Shown here: piece by piece, positions 59,519 to 64,000 of the stretch
How positions within the stretch are numbered: the stretch's first letter is position 1
Layout of the letters: each line of letters starts with the position of its first letter
Assembly: GCA_038496445.1 (NCBI GenBank)
Contig: JALMLS010000009.1
Location: 206,161 to 270,160, forward strand
Origin: Trichosphaerium sp. ATCC 40318
Lineage: Eukaryota; Protista; Tubulinea
Reading direction: 5' to 3'
DNA length: 64,000 nt
Program-made: the position numbers and the translations under genes
The notes under the pieces: generated by a model
What the model was told of the DNA's origin: nothing
Databases searched by the model: none
The model's input: the letters and a program-made list of their open reading frames with translations, nothing else

Positions 59519-59993
59519 TTGATAGCGAAGAAAAAAAACAGAAAAAAATCAAAAAAAAATTGTGTTAGAATAAAAATAACTGATGTAGCCCAAACAACAT
59601 ACGCAAACGACCCAGTATTCTCGTACCTAGAAACGAAAACTAATGTTAACAAACGAGGAGTTCTAAATGAACTCACACATTGTGTTTAGGGTTTGTACTT
59701 TAATTATTTCTTGTGTATACCTTACATTGGGATGTTTGGTAGAGTGTCTTGTGGATGAATGTCGATTAATTTGCACGCTTCAGATTTTGTATTGCATTAT
59801 TGTGTTTTGGCTAAAAAGCAACACGTTTTGCAAGAGACGTGATTCAAAGAAATGACGGAAATAAGTTTATTCGTTGCTGTTTGAAGAAGAAGAAGAGGTA
59901 GAGCGCTAGCGCCTAGTTTTATCAAAGAACGACTGGAAAGAAGTTGACTTTGTAAACGAGAATTGTGTTTTTTAAATAGAACTGCTGTACTCC

Positions 59994-61690
59994 ATGACAT
60001 CATTACTTCTCCTTGAGACGCTCCCTTTGGAGCTTCAAGCAATAATAATCGACATGGACCCTGAATGTTACATTAAATGGCCTCTGCTTTGTCGATACAC
60101 CTCTGCATCACGCTTCGACGATTCGTTTCGTAAATCAGGAGTGGTTAAGAGCTTTTATCCTTCTGGCAATATTTGGAAACGTTTTAACTTCAAAAACGGT
60201 CAGAGACATGGACTGTGCATCATATGGCTCGGTAACAGCATGTACGAGCGTGCGATGTATAAAAAAGGACAAATACATGGAAAGCAGACCAGATGGTATA
60301 CCAATGGTCAGATGCTTTCACAAAGTTCTTACCATAACGGCAAACTCAATGGCGACAGTAAATCATGGACACCTAAAGGAAAAATCAAGTCTGAAGTGTT
60401 GTACGACAACGGAGTTATGATTGAGTCCGTAGAGTGTAACAACGAAGGAAAGGTTATGAGAAGTACGAGAGTGGTAAAAGATAAACGTACTGGGAAGAAG
60501 AAAGAAAAGTATGTTAACGACACAGTACAGGATAAAGTAACAAAGATTTATTACGATGAACAAGGAAAAGAAAAAAAAAGACAAGAGTTTGAAAACAAGA
60601 ATAATACAGTAATTTATGAACGTACACGTGTTGGTGATGATTTATGGCAAATAACTAGGTACCGTAGCCATGGTTTCATGTACGAAAAGTGTTACGAAAA
60701 TGGAAAGGGTAAGAGAGAAGGAAAGTTCAAAACTTGGTATGCTAAAAATATTCTGAAAGAACAATATTCGTATGTCAATGGTAGATCACAAAACTACATT
60801 AAATGGTTTCCAAATGGGAAAATGGCCTTGCGTTGTAACTATTCAGATTGGGGGATACATGGTAAATTTGAAACATGGTATAAAAACGGTAAACGTGATT
60901 GTAAAACTATGTATGTGAACGATGTAAAACGTGGAGAACATAAAAAGTGGTATGAACATACAGGAAGATTACAAGAACACTTCTTCTATGTCAATGACTA
61001 TGAGACTTCTGGTAAACATCGTACATGGTATCAAAATGGACAATTAAGAAGCAGTCATGTACGAACAGACAGTGGATTAGAGGGAGAAGATATTAAGTAT
61101 CATGAAAACGGTGTTTTACGCTCGAAATGTTTTTGGGTTAATGGATTGCAAGTTGGAAGATGTTTTGTTCAATATGAAGATGGTTCTTTACAAGAAGAAG
61201 TGACGTACAATGAGAAGGGTAGAAAACATGGAGAATATAAAAGATGGAATAAGAATGGTGAACTACATACAAAGGAAAATTCAGGAAGGAAAGATTGTAT
61301 GGAAAATCAATTACGTGGTTTGATGATGGCACAGTTAACACTGTTAAACGTTATGCTAATGGTAAGCTAAATGGGCTTTTTGAGAGCTTCCACAGTAACA
61401 AAAAGAAAGCAATGGAGATTTTTTATCATAATGGGACACGTGGGCGTGTTATTAGGTGGTACAGTGATGGTACTTTGGAAGAAAAGACTTTTAATAATGG
61501 AGAATGTGTCAGTACAAGCAAAACAGGATTAACTTATTGTGATGCTTGCGAAGAAGTTGAATGTAAAGAGTTTCATCGAAACGGTGCTGTCAAGATGGAA
61601 TGCACTTTTGTTCGAGGTCAAGTGAAAACAGGAAGTATGAGACAGTACAGTGATGACGGATCATTGATCGAGAAACTTGGTTCGGAATAA
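59994..61690 (+). CDS. Intronless F-box-like plus MORN-variant repeat protein; frameshift near 61271
   Basis: LETLPLELQAIII N-terminus and many HG..(T/K)WY.NG repeats. The two overlapping ORFs join if AAA at 61271-61273 is AAAA (HTKGKFRKERLYGKSITWF). Confidence 0.8.
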
Positions 61691-62114
61691 GTTAAGTCTT
61701 GAAGAAGAAAGCGAAAAACACGAAATTCTCCAACAGAATAAAAATTTGCTTAAACCCTGTTTCCTATCTTCATGATACCAACACACGCGTGTAAAATAGT
61801 TTTATAACGTCTATCTGTACCAGAACCACTCAGACGCTTATTTTCCTTCCAAACTAACCCTATTGCTGTTTGACGCGCAAGTAAACTCAAGAGAGCGCCC
61901 TGGTAACCTTTCAAAGAAGTTTTGTGAGCTATCGTGATCCAAAGTCTATTTACTTTTCGCAAACGCTTGTGCGTGGTGTATAAGAGTTTTCCTTCTTTAT
62001 AGCATACGTTGTTGGTAGAATTTCGCCGTATTTTCATCAACCACTTTTTCGTCAAATTTTTGTTGAAGCACTAGTTTGCTTTGAGGCATTAATCTACAAT
62101 ATACAAACAACACA

Positions 62115-64000
62115 ATGAGCTTAAACTTCGCTTCGGAGATAGTCTACGTGCCAGAGGTACTTACTACAACCAAGTTGTGTAGAAACCTTACCCTTTTGCG
62201 TTAGGAAGAGCCTGAAGAAGAGATTTATCAAGGTACGATTGCTCTTAATAGTAGTTGTAACGTTAACACAACGTGTAGATGAAATAGAAGACGGGTTAGC
62301 CGCCTGCGCCCAAGAACAAGCCAAAGTACGTTTAATCTTCGTTGTGTTAACGCTCAAGACTAATACCGTTCAGCTTTGGGCAGAAGCTGCCGAACAGGGC
62401 GAAAGTACCTTTGATAAATCATTTATACAAGAGTTGGTGAGAATGGGTCACGAACAGGCTAAGGTACAAAATCAAACTCATAAACACATCTCTTAAATAC
62501 ACCAAAGGCAAGTGGAAAAGCAGCAGCACAACACAACGACGCGGAGGCATCACATTTGGGTGTTTTTTCATCAGCAAGGCGTCTTCAGCCAAGATTTCAG
62601 GTACACAAATTCTAACGCTGCTCAGCGTACGCTCACAAGTCATTTGTAGAAAGGAAAAGCTTCTACCTACGATGCCCTTGCAAAGAAACGTGTTAAGGAA
62701 GAACAACAAAGGCGTGTTGAAGCAGAAGCAAAACTACGAGAAAAACGAAGAAAGATGGCTGAAGAAGAAGCAAAAACATTAGCTGCATTAAAGAAAAAGA
62801 ACAAGAACAAATAGCTCTACAGGACAAGATGAACTTGCAAAAGTTGCTGCGTACGCTATATAACAAACTCTTATATGGTACTAACGCTTTCTTTTGCTTA
62901 TAGACCTTCTGGACCTTCATCTGCAGCACCAACTTTGTTTCAGTCAAAACCTCAAATCTCCTCATATTTAAATGACGATGATATTGCAGCTATCGTTATA
63001 GATAACTCATCTGGTATGACAAAGGCTGGATGGGCCGGTGATGATGCTCCTCGTGCTGTTTTTCCATCAATTGTTGGACGTCCCAGACATACAGGTGTTA
63101 TGGTAAGCTTTGACTGTTCTTTCTTGTTTTTTTCTTTTAGCGAAGACGGTTGTATTGTTTTGTAATAATTAACTTAGGTTGGCATGGGTCAAAAAGACTC
63201 TTACGTTGGAGATGAAGCACAGTCTAAGAGAGGTATTCTAACAATGAAATACCCAGTAGAACACGGTATAGTCACAAATTGGGATGACATGGAAAAAATA
63301 TGGCATCATACCTTTTACAACGAACTACGTAGTGCTCCAGAGGAACACCCAGTAATATCTACAGAAGCTCCACTCAATCCTACAGCTAACAGACAAAAAG
63401 CCACGCAGGTATGAAAGAATAAGAGGAATAAGGTATTCGTTGTATTAACAGGTTACATTTAGATTATGTTCGAGACTTTTAATGTTCCAGCATACTACCA
63501 ACCAATATCTGCTGTTCTTGCACTATATTCAACTGGAAGAACTACTGGCGTAGTGTTAGACTCCGGAGATGGTGTTACACATGCCGTTCCTGTCTACGTA
63601 TGTTTTTGTTGGACAATCTTTTTGGGTGTTAATAACGGCTTGTTTTAGGAAGGATTTCCTATTATACATGGTATCAGACGCCTTGATATCGCTGGTAGAG
63701 ATCTTACAGACTACCTAATGAAGATACTTACAGAGCGTGGATACTCATTTACAACGACGGCTGAGAGAGAGATCGTCAGAGATATTAAAGGTAAGTCGGG
63801 AGATTTTTTCTGTCAATTGTTGTTTTAATCTCTCCTTAGAAAAGTTGTGCTATGTTTCCATAGATTTTGAAGCCGACATGCAAAAGGCTTCTTCTTGTTC
63901 TGCTTTGGAAAAATCGTATGAGTTACCTGACGGCCAAGTCATCACTGTTGGAACGAGCGTTTCCGTTGCGCAGAAGCAATGTTTGCAGTACGTAATTTCC
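62115..64000 (+). CDS. Actin with a probable N-terminal extension (UBA-like plus coiled coil); truncated by the window end
   Basis: [68 protein letters not shown], etc. Upstream exons splice toward it but need small indel corrections. Confidence 0.85.

Noticed and set aside
61260-61300. Programmed -1 ribosomal frameshift in the MORN gene
   Set aside because: No X XXY YYZ slippery heptamer or obvious downstream structure, and the same kind of missing A occurs in actin.

Overview
This is eukaryotic nuclear DNA: AT-rich, gene-dense, standard genetic code. It has many very short (about 35-70 nt) spliceosomal introns with GTAC(G)/GTAAG/GTATG donors and CTAAC/CTGAC branch points. It most likely comes from a heterotrophic protist, but I cannot name the taxon. 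About 25 genes can be reconstructed by eye across introns: KCTD-BTB, acyl-CoA synthetase, SDR, two tandem beta-helix surface proteins, a PA-domain multi-TM protein with an inverted pseudogene copy, DUF2961/GH172, DUF1593, a Reeler/LPMO-like/CBM6 polyprotein, Arf GTPase, F-box proteins, DUF427, a hemerythrin-like protein, CH-CH-BTB-BTB, ppGalNAc-T, pepsin, GT8, a DyP-Rdx fusion, JmjC, an ABCC transporter, F-box-MORN and an extended actin. Three highlights stand out. (1) A circularly permuted tRNA gene (minus strand, 30413-30488): the 3' half lies upstream of the 5' half and the two rebuild a 71-nt cloverleaf with a TCG anticodon. It has a TATA box, paired flanks and a T5 terminator, and no obvious canonical BHB motif. 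(2) One spliced ORF appears to encode a membrane-anchored Reeler protein followed by an internal signal peptide that would release a His1 LPMO-like-CBM6 protein. (3) A myristoylated DyP peroxidase is fused to a SelW/Rdx CxxC domain. Several single-base losses in short A-runs suggest assembly indel errors. Exon boundaries were read manually and are approximate.
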